Positions 18,901 through 28,417 of a stretch of 61,226 nucleotides of DNA are shown here, in pieces. The DNA is from Acutalibacteraceae bacterium (GTDB lineage Bacteria; Bacillota; Clostridia; Oscillospirales; Acutalibacteraceae). The notes under the pieces are model-generated. The model was not told the origin of the DNA and did no database searches. It was given only the letters and a program-made list of their open reading frames with translations. The stretch lies in NCBI GenBank assembly GCA_045594105.1, contig JAZNXY010000091.1, forward strand, positions 1 to 61,226, in the 5' to 3' direction. Each line of letters opens with the position of its first letter. Positions within the stretch are counted from its first letter, which is position 1. A program made the translations under genes and the position numbers.

Positions 18901-19656
18901 GGTCAGGTACTGGAAGTGCATCTTGCCTATGCGGCGGCTGCACTCGGCTTTAAGGTGATGACCCCTGTCTTTGACGGTGCGCACGAAGCGGATATCCGTG
19001 AACTGCTCAAACAGGCGGGTAAGAGCGAAGACGGTAAGACGGTGTTGTATGACGGCCGTACAGGCGAACAGTTTGACAACCCTGTGACCGTTGGCTATAT
19101 GTATTACCTTAAATTACATCATCTTGTTGATGATAAGATTCATGCACGTTCCACCGGTCCTTACAGCTTGGTTACCCAGCAGCCCTTGGGCGGTAAAGCC
19201 CAGTTCGGTGGCCAGCGCTTCGGTGAAATGGAAGTGTGGGCGCTGGAGGCATACGGCGCTGCGTACACCCTGCAGGAAATTCTGACTGTAAAATCCGACG
19301 ACGTTGTGGGTCGTGTCAAGACCTACGAAGCCATTGTGAAGGGCGAAAACGTACCGCAGTCGGGCGTGCCGGAATCCTTCAAGGTGCTTGTAAAAGAATT
19401 GCAGTCTCTTGGTCTGGATATCAAAGTGCTTAACAAAGATAAAGAGGAAATCGACCTCAAGCAGACCTTCAGTGATGACGATGATATGCCGATGATCATG
19501 TCTGACGACGAAGCATTCTACACTGTTGCCAATGACAACGAAGCCGAAATGGCGGGTTACGGTGTTGCGGATGCGGAAGACGCCGTAGAACAATTCGGTA
19601 TGACCGACGATGAAGACGACGAAGACGTTGATTTCATTGACGATGACGAAGAATAA
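15937..19656 (+). CDS. rpoB: DNA-directed RNA polymerase subunit beta
   Basis: ORF 15901-19656. Start placed at ATG 15937, so the N-terminus [41 protein letters not shown] matches the usual RpoB N-terminus. Canonical RpoB motifs are present throughout. There is a long acidic C-terminal tail. Confidence 0.97.
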   Translation: MVNIKPVQLGNTTRMSFAKINEVLDMPNLIEVQKNSYKWFLEEGLKEVFRDMSAIADYTDNLVLEFIDYRIDENPKYTVAECKERDVTYAAPLYVTVRLLNKETGEVKESEVFMGEFPLMTRSGTFVINGAERAIVSQLVRSPGVYYGMSYDTTGKKLFTSTVIPNRGAWLEYETDSSDVFYVRIDKNRKLPVTCLARAMGLSTDEQLIEFFGDDERLHATMLKDSTKNAEEALLEIYRKLRPGEPATVENSQQHLEGLFFDPRRYDLSRVGRYKYNKKLGLSNRLAGHKLSRPVADPATGELLAEAGEIIDRSRALEMEDAGVSQVFISIDEHGEEREVKIITNGMVDIKKYVDFDVTEYGIRERVCYRVLREILDTCTDEAALKEAISARAAELVPNHITVDDILASINYVHCLGHDVGTTDDIDHLGNRRIRSVGELLQNQFRIGFSRMERVVRERMTLQAQDTDVITPQALINIRPVVAAIKEFFGSSPLSQFMDQNNPLAELTHKRRLSALGPGGLSRDRAGFEVRDVHYSHYGRMCPIETPEGPNIGLISYLATFARINEYGFVEAPFRKVDKATGAVTDEVVYMSADIEDDFIVAQANEPLDENGCFARAKVNARCRDEFLEVTPDKVDYMDVSPKMVVSVATAMIPFLENDDANRALMGSNMQRQAVPLLKTEAPIVGTGMEYKAGVDSGVCVLCEAAGTVTYVSADKVVVRRDDNGEEDTYEMIKFSRSNQGTCLNQRPIVSVGQHIDEHAVIADGPATDGGEIALGKNALIGFMTWEGYNYEDAVLINEKMVRDDVFTSIHIEEYEVESRETKLGPEEITRDIPNVSEEARKDLDERGIIHIGAEVRSGDILVGKVTPKGETELTAEERLLRAIFGEKAREVRDTSLRVPHGEYGIIVDVKVFTRANCDELSPGVNMVVRCYIAQKRKISVGDKMAGRHGNKGVVSRILPSEDMPFLPDGTPLDIVLNPLGVPSRMNIGQVLEVHLAYAAAALGFKVMTPVFDGAHEADIRELLKQAGKSEDGKTVLYDGRTGEQFDNPVTVGYMYYLKLHHLVDDKIHARSTGPYSLVTQQPLGGKAQFGGQRFGEMEVWALEAYGAAYTLQEILTVKSDDVVGRVKTYEAIVKGENVPQSGVPESFKVLVKELQSLGLDIKVLNKDKEEIDLKQTFSDDDDMPMIMSDDEAFYTVANDNEAEMAGYGVADAEDAVEQFGMTDDEDDEDVDFIDDDEE

Positions 19657-19673
19657 GGGGAGGAGAGAGAATT

Positions 19674-22600
19674 ATGGCAGATTTTGAAGTATTTGATTCC
19701 ATTAAAATCGGTTTGGCTTCTCCCGAACAAATCCGCAGCTGGTCCTACGGTGAGGTTACAAAGCCCGAGACGATAAATTATCGCACTTTGAAGCCTGAGC
19801 GTGAAGGCCTGTTCTGCGAAAAGATTTTCGGGCCTACCAAAGACTGGGAATGTCATTGCGGCCGCTACAAACGTATCCGCTATAAAGGCAAGGTTTGCGA
19901 ACGCTGCGGTGTGGAAGTTACCCGTGCAAAGGTTCGCCGTGAACGTATGGGTCACATTGAACTTGCTGCCCCCGTGTCTCATATTTGGTATTTCAAGGGC
20001 ATTCCGTCCCGTATGGGTCTCATTTTGGATATCACCCCCCGCTATTTGGAGCAGGTGCTGTACTTCGCTTCGTATATCGTAGCGGATCCGGGCGATACCC
20101 CCTTGATGAAAAAACAGATTTTGTCCGATAAGGACTATCGCGATATGCGCGAAAAATACGAAGACGATTTCGACGCAGGTATGGGTGCGGAATACATCCA
20201 GAAATTGCTTGCTGAAATCGATTTGGACGAGTTGTCCGCTGAATTGAAAGCGGAGCTGGAAGATGCGACCGGTCAGAAACGCGCACGTCTTCTGAAACGT
20301 CTGGAAGTGGTAGAATCCTTCCGCCTTTCCGGCAACCGTCCCGAATGGATGATCATGAACGTCATCCCGGTTATCCCGCCGGATATCCGTCCGATGGTAC
20401 AGCTGGACGGCGGCCGCTTTGCGACCTCCGACCTGACCGCTCTGTATCGCCGTGTTATCAACCGTAACAACCGTCTGAAGAGACTTTTGGAACTCGGTGT
20501 GCCGGACATCATCGTGCGCAACGAAAAACGTATGCTGCAGGAAGCGGTCGACGCTTTGATCGATAACGGCCGCCGTGGTAGACCCGTGACCGGTCCGAAC
20601 AACAGACCGCTCAAATCCTTGTCCGATATGCTGAAAGGTAAGCAGGGCCGTTTCCGTCAGAACCTGCTCGGCAAACGTGTTGACTACTCCGGTCGTTCGG
20701 TTATCGTTGTCGGTCCCGAGCTGAAGATGTATCAGTGCGGTTTGCCGAAAGAAATGGCAATCGAATTGTTCAAACCCTTTGTTATGAAGCGTTTGGTGGA
20801 AACCGGTGCCGCCGGTAACATCAAAACCGCTCGTAAGATGGTAGAGCGTCTGCGTCCCGAAGTGTGGGACGCACTGGAAATCGTTATAAAGGACCACCCC
20901 GTAATGCTCAACCGTGCACCTACACTGCACCGCTTGGGTATTCAGGCATTTGAGCCCGTGTTGGTGGAAGGCCGTGCAATCAAACTGCATCCGCTGGTTT
21001 GTACTGCGTTTAACGCCGACTTTGACGGTGACCAGATGGCTGTTCACGTACCGCTGTCTGCGGAAGCACAGGCAGAAGCACGTTTCCTGATGCTTGCGGC
21101 AGGCAACCTGCTCAAGCCCTCCGACGGTAAGCCCGTTGCGGTGCCGACGCAGGATATGATTCTCGGTTCTTACTACCTCACCATTGTCAAACCCGGTGAA
21201 CCCGGTGAAGGTAAGGTGTTCCGTGACGAAAATGAAGCGCTGATGGCATACGATGCGAAAGTCGTAGGTCTCCATGCACTCATCAAGGTACGCCGCACCC
21301 TCGAAATCGACGGTGTGAAGCAGTCCCGCCTGGTAGAAACCACCGTGGGTCGCATTATCTTCAATACCCCCATTCCGCAGGACCTCGGTTTTGTGGATCG
21401 CACCACCGAGGAAGGTAAATTCCAGTATGAAATTGACTTCAAGGTTGGTAAGAAACAGCTTTCCAAGATCATTGAAAAATGTATCAAGGTACACGGTGCC
21501 GCTCGCACCTCCGAGGTGCTGGATGCCATCAAGGCGCAGGGTTATAAATATTCTACCCGCGGTGCTTTGACCGTTGCCGTTTGCGATGCGGCGATCCCGC
21601 CGGAGAAACCCGCCCTTATTCAAGAAGCGGAAGCTACCGTTGACGAGATCACCAGATACTATAATGAAGGTCTTATGAGTAATGAAGACCGTTACCGTGG
21701 TGTTATCGAAACCTGGAACAGCACCACCGACAAGGTCACCAAGGCGTTGAATGCTAACATGGATGAGTTCAACCCCATCTTCATGATGTCCGATTCCGGT
21801 GCTCGTGGTTCTATCAACCAGATTCGTCAGCTCGCAGGTATGCGTGGTCTTATTGCGAACACCTCCGGTCGTACTATTGAGGTTCCGATTCGTGCCAGCT
21901 ACCGTGAAGGTCTGAACATTTTGGAATACTTCATTTCTTCCCGTGGTGCGCGTAAGGGCTTGGCGGATACCGCTCTGCGTACCGCTGACTCGGGTTACCT
22001 CACCCGTCGTCTTGTTGACGTTTCGCAGGATGTTATCATTCGCGAACAGGATTGCGGAACCACTGACGGTATCGTGATTCGTGACATTAAAGACGGCAAC
22101 GAAATGATCGAGCCGCTTACCGAACGTCTTGTCGGTCGTTTTCTCTGCGAAGACTTTGTCGATCCCAAGACCGGCGAAGTGGTTGTCAGCCGTCATAAGA
22201 TGATGACCGATGCCGATGCAGAGCTGCTTACCAAGACCTACGGTGTAACCGAGATCCGCATCCGTTCGGTGCTCGCCTGTTCTGCTCGCAGAGGCGTGTG
22301 TGCACATTGTTACGGTGCTAACCTTGCCACCGTTGACCCCGTATCCGTGGGTGAAGCGGTTGGTATCATCGCTGCACAGTCCATCGGTGAACCCGGTACA
22401 CAGCTAACCATGCGTACCTTCCATACCGGTGGTATCGCATCCGCAGAAGATATTACTCAGGGTCTTCCCCGTGTTGAAGAACTGTTCGAAGGCAGAAAAC
22501 CGAAGCACCTTGCTATCATCAGTGAGATCGACGGTGTGGTGCGTATGGGCGAAGAGAAGAAAAAACGCCTGGCCATCGTTACTGCCGAAGACGGTTCGGA

Positions 22601-23279
22601 CGAACGTTCTTATGTTATCACCTACGGTTCCCGCCTGCGCGTGAACGAGGGTGATCGCATTAAGAAGGGTGACCGTATCACCGAAGGTTCGGTTAACCCC
22701 CATGACATCCTTGCTGTACAGGGTGAAGAAGCGGTACAGAATTACCTTATTATGGAAGTACAGCGCACCTACCGTATGCAGGGTGTTGACATCAACGATA
22801 AACACGTTGAGGTTATCGTTCGTCAGATGATGCGTAAAGTGCGTGTTGATGACGCAGGTAGCACCAACCTGCTCGCAGGTGCGACTATTGACCGTTCCGA
22901 ACTGCGTGCCGAAAACGAAGCAGTACAAGCACGTATCGACGCTGGTGAAGAAGGTCTTACCCTCGCTACCGTGACCCCCATCCTCTTGGGTATCACCAAA
23001 GCGGCTCTTGCCACCGACAGCTTCCTGTCTGCCGCCTCCTTCCAGGAGACCACCCGTGTGTTGACCGACGCCGCTATCAAAGGCAAGGTCGACCCGCTGC
23101 TGGGCTTAAAGGAAAACGTCATCATCGGTAAGCTTATCCCGGCAGGTACCGGCTTGCAGGTTTATAACGATGTTGAGGTGGTACACAAGGTGAATCCCGA
23201 CAGTCCTTTTGCCGCTGCTCTTGAGCAGATGATGGCGGAGGATGAAGAAGTTGAGTTAATTCCTGAAGAAGATGCTTGA
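19674..23279 (+). CDS. rpoC: DNA-directed RNA polymerase subunit beta'
   Basis: Zinc-binding [20 protein letters not shown], the catalytic NADFDGDQM motif, and trigger-loop/bridge-helix regions are present. Confidence 0.97.
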   Translation: MADFEVFDSIKIGLASPEQIRSWSYGEVTKPETINYRTLKPEREGLFCEKIFGPTKDWECHCGRYKRIRYKGKVCERCGVEVTRAKVRRERMGHIELAAPVSHIWYFKGIPSRMGLILDITPRYLEQVLYFASYIVADPGDTPLMKKQILSDKDYRDMREKYEDDFDAGMGAEYIQKLLAEIDLDELSAELKAELEDATGQKRARLLKRLEVVESFRLSGNRPEWMIMNVIPVIPPDIRPMVQLDGGRFATSDLTALYRRVINRNNRLKRLLELGVPDIIVRNEKRMLQEAVDALIDNGRRGRPVTGPNNRPLKSLSDMLKGKQGRFRQNLLGKRVDYSGRSVIVVGPELKMYQCGLPKEMAIELFKPFVMKRLVETGAAGNIKTARKMVERLRPEVWDALEIVIKDHPVMLNRAPTLHRLGIQAFEPVLVEGRAIKLHPLVCTAFNADFDGDQMAVHVPLSAEAQAEARFLMLAAGNLLKPSDGKPVAVPTQDMILGSYYLTIVKPGEPGEGKVFRDENEALMAYDAKVVGLHALIKVRRTLEIDGVKQSRLVETTVGRIIFNTPIPQDLGFVDRTTEEGKFQYEIDFKVGKKQLSKIIEKCIKVHGAARTSEVLDAIKAQGYKYSTRGALTVAVCDAAIPPEKPALIQEAEATVDEITRYYNEGLMSNEDRYRGVIETWNSTTDKVTKALNANMDEFNPIFMMSDSGARGSINQIRQLAGMRGLIANTSGRTIEVPIRASYREGLNILEYFISSRGARKGLADTALRTADSGYLTRRLVDVSQDVIIREQDCGTTDGIVIRDIKDGNEMIEPLTERLVGRFLCEDFVDPKTGEVVVSRHKMMTDADAELLTKTYGVTEIRIRSVLACSARRGVCAHCYGANLATVDPVSVGEAVGIIAAQSIGEPGTQLTMRTFHTGGIASAEDITQGLPRVEELFEGRKPKHLAIISEIDGVVRMGEEKKKRLAIVTAEDGSDERSYVITYGSRLRVNEGDRIKKGDRITEGSVNPHDILAVQGEEAVQNYLIMEVQRTYRMQGVDINDKHVEVIVRQMMRKVRVDDAGSTNLLAGATIDRSELRAENEAVQARIDAGEEGLTLATVTPILLGITKAALATDSFLSAASFQETTRVLTDAAIKGKVDPLLGLKENVIIGKLIPAGTGLQVYNDVEVVHKVNPDSPFAAALEQMMAEDEEVELIPEEDA

Positions 23280-23305
23280 CAAATGGGATAAACCCGTGTT
23301 ATTAT
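23276..23305 (+). promoter_or_regulatory. sigma-A promoter (extended -10) for the rpsL operon, overlapping the rpoC stop
   Basis: TTGACA (23276-23281), 18-nt spacer ending in TG-T, then TATTAT (23300-23305). Confidence 0.55.
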
Positions 23306-23446
23306 GGTTAACGTGTGAGATTTTGCCACAATTTCCCCTAAAAAGAGGGGGAATTGTGGCTGTCTTGTGCTGTTCACATTTCGTTTTTTGAGAAAAAACT
23401 GCGTTTTTTCTTGAAAATAGATATTTTGTGTGAGGAGGTGTCATGA

Positions 23447-23866
23447 TTGCCCACTTTTAACCAGTTAGTCCGTAAGGGAAGAGAAGAACTCGAGAAAAAG
23501 GCGAAAGCCCCGGCGTTGTTACGTGGTTGGAACTCCAAGAAGCGTATGCCTATCGAACAGCATTCCCCGCAGAAACGTGGTGTGTGTACCGCGGTTAAAA
23601 CCTCTACCCCCAAGAAGCCGAACTCTGCGCTTCGTAAGGTAGCCCGTGTACGTTTGTCCAACGGTGTTGAGGTTACCTCGTATATCCCCGGTGAAGGCCA
23701 CAACCTGCAGGAGCATAGCGTGGTGCTGATCCGTGGCGGCCGTGTTAAGGACCTGCCCGGTGTACGTTATCACATTGTGCGTGGTACCTTGGATACCCAG
23801 GGTGTTGCCAAGAGAATGCAAGCTCGCTCCAAATACGGCGCGAAACGGCCCAAGGCCGGCAAGTAA
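23447..23866 (+). CDS. rpsL: 30S ribosomal protein S12
   Basis: TTG start 8 nt after GAGGAGG. The product begins [12 protein letters not shown]... and has canonical S12 sequence. Confidence 0.97.
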   Translation: MPTFNQLVRKGREELEKKAKAPALLRGWNSKKRMPIEQHSPQKRGVCTAVKTSTPKKPNSALRKVARVRLSNGVEVTSYIPGEGHNLQEHSVVLIRGGRVKDLPGVRYHIVRGTLDTQGVAKRMQARSKYGAKRPKAGK

Positions 23867-24020
23867 TCCGACATTTTCACAGCGGCTACACTGTAGCGGC
23901 AGTTATATATATTAGGTAGGGTAATAACCCCGCCTTGTGATACTGCCCCTGAGTGGTGCCAACGGAAGTATGTCACTTTCGAGTACCTATGATATCATCA
24001 TTATGAAGGAGGGAAGTAAA

Positions 24021-24491
24021 GTGCCCAGAAGAGGTTCTATCGCAAAGCGCGATGTTTTGCCCGATCCGCTTTACAATTCCAAGTTGGTGACTCGTCTCAT
24101 CAACAACATTATGCTGGACGGTAAGAAGGGTGTTGCCCAGAAAATCGTCTATGATGCATTCGACATTCTGCGTGAGAAAACCGAAAAGGATCCCCTGGAA
24201 GTTTTCGAACAGGCAATGGAGAACATTATGCCTTTGCTGGAAGTAAAGGCCCGTCGAGTTGGCGGCGCTACGTACCAAGTCCCGATGGAAGTCCGCCCGG
24301 ACCGCCGTCAGACCTTGGGTCTGCGTTGGCTGACCGTATATTCCCGCGCACGTTCCGAACGCACTATGAAAGAGCGTTTGGCCAACGAAATCCTCGATGC
24401 CCTGCAGGGTAACGGCGGTGCGGCTAAGAAACGTGAAGATACGCACAAAATGGCAGAGGCCAACAAGGCGTTTGCTCACTACAGATGGTAA
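24021..24491 (+). CDS. rpsG: 30S ribosomal protein S7
   Basis: ORF 23937-24491 trimmed to GTG 24021 (GAAGGAGGG RBS). The product begins (M)[19 protein letters not shown]..., which is canonical S7. Confidence 0.95.
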   Translation: MPRRGSIAKRDVLPDPLYNSKLVTRLINNIMLDGKKGVAQKIVYDAFDILREKTEKDPLEVFEQAMENIMPLLEVKARRVGGATYQVPMEVRPDRRQTLGLRWLTVYSRARSERTMKERLANEILDALQGNGGAAKKREDTHKMAEANKAFAHYRW

Positions 24492-24512
24492 TGGCGTAGG
24501 AGGGAAAATTAA

Positions 24513-26597
24513 ATGGCTAGACAAGTTTCTCTTGAAAAAACCAGAAATATCGGTATCATGGCTCACATTGACGCCGGTAAGACCACCACTACCGAACGTA
24601 TTTTGTTCTACACCGGTGTTAACTACAAGCTTGGTGAGACCCATGACGGCGGTGCCACCATGGACTGGATGGCGCAGGAACAGGAACGTGGTATTACTAT
24701 CACTTCCGCTGCTACCACTTGTTTCTGGAAAGAGCATCGTATCAACATCATCGACACCCCCGGTCACGTGGACTTTACCGTAGAAGTACAGCGCTCCTTG
24801 CGCGTGCTTGACGGTTCTGTTACCGTTTTCTGTGCTAAGGGTGGCGTTGAACCGCAGTCTGAGACTGTGTGGCGTCAGGCGGATGAATATAAAGTTCCGC
24901 GTATGGCGTATGTTAACAAGATGGACATCATGGGTGCTGATTTCTACAACGTTATCAGCATGATGAAAGACCGTCTGAAATGTAATGCTGTGCCGATTCA
25001 GCTGCCCATTGGTTCCGAGGATACCTTCAAAGGCATCATCGACCTGGTTGAAATGAAGGCGTATGTCTACTATGACAACCTGGGTAAAGATATCCGCGAA
25101 GAAGAAATTCCCGAGGATATGAAAGAATTGGCAGAAAAATACCGTGAAGAGCTCGTTGAGCATGTTGCCGAGCAGGACGATGCTTTGATGGAAAAATACT
25201 TCGCAGGCGAAGAATTGACCATTGAAGAGATCAAGGATTGCATCCGTAAATCCACCTTGGCAAACACCATGGTACCTGTTTGCTGCGGTACTTCTTACCG
25301 TAACAAAGGCGTGCAGAAGCTGCTTGACGCAATCGTCGACTATATGCCCGCACCTACCGACGTTCCCGCTATCAAGGGTATTAACCCCGATACCGAGGAA
25401 GAAGAAGTGCGTCATTCCTCCGACGAAGAGCCGTTTGCAGCGCTCGCTTTCAAAATTGCTACCGACCCCTTTGTGGGTAAACTCTGCTTCTGCCGTGTAT
25501 ACTCCGGTACCTGCGAAGCCGGTACTACCGTATACAACGCAAGCAAAGATTCCAATGAACGTCTCGGCCGTATTCTGCAGATGCACTCTAACGAGAGAAA
25601 AGACATCGACAAGATTTACGCCGGTGACATCGTTGCCGTTGTTGGCGTGAAAAACACCACCACCGGTGATACTCTCTGCGACGAGAAGCATCCGGTTATC
25701 CTCGAATCCATGAAATTCCCGGAACCGGTTATCCGTGTTGCTATCGAGCCGAAAACCAAAGCCGGTCAGGAGAAGATGGGTATCGCTCTCGCCAAATTGG
25801 CTGAAGAAGATCCGACCTTCCGCACCTACACCGACGAGGAAACCGGCCAGACCATCATCGCCGGTATGGGCGAGCTGCACCTTGAAATTATCGTTGACCG
25901 TTTGCTCCGCGAATTCAAAGTGGAAGCGAATGTCGGCGCACCGCAGGTTGCGTACAAAGAAACTGTTCGCAAAATGGCAGACGTTGACTGCAAATATGCA
26001 CGTCAGTCCGGTGGTAAAGGTCAGTATGGTCACGTTAAGATCAAACTTGAGCCCAACGAGTCCGGTAAGGGTTATGAATTTATTAACTCTATCGTCGGCG
26101 GTTCCATTCCGAAGGAATACATTCCTGCGGTTGACGCCGGTATCCAGGGCGCTATGCTGTCCGGTGTTCTCGCCGGCTACAACGTTGTGGACGTAAAGGT
26201 TAACCTGTATGACGGTTCTTATCACGAGGTTGACTCTTCCGAAATGGCATTTAAGATCGCCGGTTCTATGGCGTTCAAAGAGGCAATGCGGAAAGCCGAT
26301 CCGGTTTTGATGGAACCGATTATGAAGGTTGTCGTTATCGCCCCCGACGAGTATATGGGTTATGTAATTGGCGACATCAGCTCCCGCCGCGGCCAGATGC
26401 AGGGTTCTGAGAACCTCAACGGTGCCGTGCAGGTGCGTGCTTTCGTTCCGCTGTCCGAAATGTTCGGTTATGCAACCGACCTGCGTTCGGGCACCCAGGG
26501 CCGTGGCCAGTACGTGATGGAACCCAGCCATTACTCCGAAGTTCCGAAGAGTGTGGCGGAAGAAATCATCGCAAAACGCTCCAAGAAGGAAGATTAA
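24513..26597 (+). CDS. fusA: elongation factor G
   Basis: G1 motif AHIDAGKTT and DTPGHVDF are present. Full-length EF-G of 694 aa. Confidence 0.97.
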   Translation: MARQVSLEKTRNIGIMAHIDAGKTTTTERILFYTGVNYKLGETHDGGATMDWMAQEQERGITITSAATTCFWKEHRINIIDTPGHVDFTVEVQRSLRVLDGSVTVFCAKGGVEPQSETVWRQADEYKVPRMAYVNKMDIMGADFYNVISMMKDRLKCNAVPIQLPIGSEDTFKGIIDLVEMKAYVYYDNLGKDIREEEIPEDMKELAEKYREELVEHVAEQDDALMEKYFAGEELTIEEIKDCIRKSTLANTMVPVCCGTSYRNKGVQKLLDAIVDYMPAPTDVPAIKGINPDTEEEEVRHSSDEEPFAALAFKIATDPFVGKLCFCRVYSGTCEAGTTVYNASKDSNERLGRILQMHSNERKDIDKIYAGDIVAVVGVKNTTTGDTLCDEKHPVILESMKFPEPVIRVAIEPKTKAGQEKMGIALAKLAEEDPTFRTYTDEETGQTIIAGMGELHLEIIVDRLLREFKVEANVGAPQVAYKETVRKMADVDCKYARQSGGKGQYGHVKIKLEPNESGKGYEFINSIVGGSIPKEYIPAVDAGIQGAMLSGVLAGYNVVDVKVNLYDGSYHEVDSSEMAFKIAGSMAFKEAMRKADPVLMEPIMKVVVIAPDEYMGYVIGDISSRRGQMQGSENLNGAVQVRAFVPLSEMFGYATDLRSGTQGRGQYVMEPSHYSEVPKSVAEEIIAKRSKKED

Positions 26598-26671
26598 TCG
26601 CTTTTTGGACGATATTTTGCCCGTTTTCAATATTTTTGTCGGGAAAAAAGCAGGTTTTCTGTGTAAAACAC

Positions 26672-26700
26672 TTGCAATTCCCGATGATACTTGGTAAAAT
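26672..26700 (+). promoter_or_regulatory. sigma-A promoter directly upstream of tuf
   Basis: TTGCAA (26672-26677), 17-nt spacer, TAAAAT (26695-26700). A GGGAGGAAA RBS precedes ATG 26752. Confidence 0.6.
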
Positions 26701-26751
26701 GGGCGTAGACATTTGTCAAAGTTTTTTTGATACAAAAGGGAGGAAATACCA

Positions 26752-27954
26752 ATGGCAAAGGAAAAATTTGAAAGATCCAAACCGCACGTAAACATCGGTA
26801 CCATCGGTCACGTTGACCATGGTAAAACCACCTTGACTGCTGCTATCACCAAAGTGTTGGCTATGAAAGGTAACGCTGACTTTACCGATTATGCTAACAT
26901 CGACAAAGCGCCCGAAGAACGCGCTCGTGGTATCACAATCAACACTTCTCACGTTGAATAACAGACCGACGCTCGTCACTATGCGCACGTTGACTGCCCC
27001 GGCCACGCTGACTATGTTAAAAACATGATCACCGGTGCTGCACAGATGGACGGTGCTATCCTCGTATGTTCCGCGGCTGACGGCCCGATGCCCCAGACCC
27101 GTGAACACATCCTTCTTTCCCGTCAGGTTGGCGTTCCGAACATCGTTGTGTTCATGAACAAAGTTGACCAGGTTGACGACGAAGAATTGCTCGAACTCGT
27201 AGAAATGGAAATTCGTGACCTTCTCTCCGAGTATGACTTCCCGGGCGACGACATTCCGATCGTAAAAGGTTCCGCTTTGGTAGCTCTGGAATGCACCTCC
27301 ACCGACGTGAACGCTCCCGAATATGCTCCCATCCTCGAACTCATGGACGCTGTTGATAGCTATATCCCCAGCCCCGAGCGCGACGATGCGAAGCCCTTCT
27401 TGATGCCTGTTGAAGACGTATTCACCATCACCGGCCGTGGTACTGTTGCTACCGGTCGTGTAGAACGTGGTCGTTTGAACATGTCCGAAGAAATCGAAAT
27501 CGTTGGTTTGAAAGAAGAAACCATGAAGACCGTTGTTACCGGTATCGAAATGTTCCGCAAACTCCTCGACTTCGCTGAAGCCGGCGATAACGTAGGTGTT
27601 CTGCTCCGTGGCGTACAGCGTACCGAGATCGAACGCGGCCAGGTTCTCTGCAAACCCGGTTCCATCAACCCGCACACCAAATTCCATGGTCAGGTTTACG
27701 TTCTGTCCAAGGACGAAGGCGGCCGTCATACCCCGTTCTTCGACAACTATCGTCCGCAGTTCTATTTCCGTACCACCGACGTTACCGGCGTTATCAAACT
27801 GCCCGAAGGTACTGAAATGTGCATGCCCGGCGACAACGTTGAAATGGACGTTGAACTGATCACCCCCATCGCTATCGAAGAAGGTCTCCGCTTCGCTATC
27901 CGTGAAGGCGGCCGTACCGTCGGTTCCGGTGTTGTTAGCAAAATCAACGAATAA
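26752..27954 (+). pseudogene. tuf: elongation factor Tu, interrupted as assembled by an in-frame TAA at codon 70
   Basis: Track ORFs 26752-26961 and 27025-27954 are in the same frame. The joined translation reads ...[41 protein letters not shown]..., where the stop occupies the conserved Tyr of the HVEY motif. TAA is one base away from TAC or TAT. Otherwise this is a perfect EF-Tu. Confidence 0.9.
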
Positions 27955-27986
27955 TTCGTTTGTTAGCTGACTAATCAGTAACTACA

Positions 27987-28017
27987 AAACACCCCATCGA
28001 AAGATGGGGTGTTTTTC
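27987..28017 (+). terminator. intrinsic terminator of tuf
   Basis: AAACACCCCATC - GAAA - GATGGGGTGTTT, followed by a T-run. Confidence 0.9.
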
Positions 28018-28020
28018 TGT

Positions 28021-28335
28021 TGGTAGGGGCGATTCACGAATCGCCCGCCCACAATGACACCCAAACGGCACAAAAACGGAACGGATAAATCCGTTCCCTA
28101 CACAATAAATGTTATCGTAGGGCGGGTGGCTTGCTCCCGCCGTAAATGACACCGAACGGGACGATGTAGTCATCGTCCCCTACAAGCATATAAAAAATGA
28201 CATCGTAGGGGCGATTCGTGAATCACCCGCCCACAATGACACCGAAACGGCAGGACCAAGGCCCTGCCCTACGTAGATGAATCAAATATTATCGTAGGGG
28301 CAGGCGTCTCGACTGCCCGTAAACGAACACGCAAC
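28021..28335 (+). repeat. array 1 of composite hairpin repeats (4 units, period about 88-94 nt): GTAG / hairpin 1 / conserved linker / hairpin 2 / CTAC / A+T-rich spacer
   Basis: The units begin with GTAG at 28023, 28117, 28205 and 28294. Hairpin-1 stems are GGGCGATTC/GAATCGCCC, GGCGGG/CCCGCC, GGGCGATTC/GAATCACCC and GGGCAG/CTGCCC. The linker is G(C/T)(C/A)..A(C)AATGACACC(G/C)AAAC. Hairpin-2 stems are GGAACGGA/TCCGTTCC, GGGACGATG/CATCGTCCC and GGCAGG/CCTGCC. The last unit is truncated. Confidence 0.8.
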
Positions 28336-28351
28336 AAATGATATCGTCTCA

Positions 28352-28380
28352 TTGACAAAAACTGCAAATGCGCGTACAAT
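28352..28380 (+). promoter_or_regulatory. consensus sigma-A promoter of the LRR surface-protein gene
   Basis: TTGACA (28352-28357), 17-nt spacer, TACAAT (28375-28380). Confidence 0.6.
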
Positions 28381-28417
28381 ATTTTGTAAAGAAGCACCTT
28401 TTTTAGGGGGATACACA

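Noticed and set aside
26959-26961. Interpreting the tuf TAA as programmed recoding (Sec, Pyl or an alternative genetic code).
   Set aside because: Sec uses UGA and Pyl uses UAG. TAA terminates many well-defined genes in this window, including rpoB, fusA, tuf itself and argS. No SECIS- or PYLIS-like element is evident. A point error or mutation is the more economical explanation.
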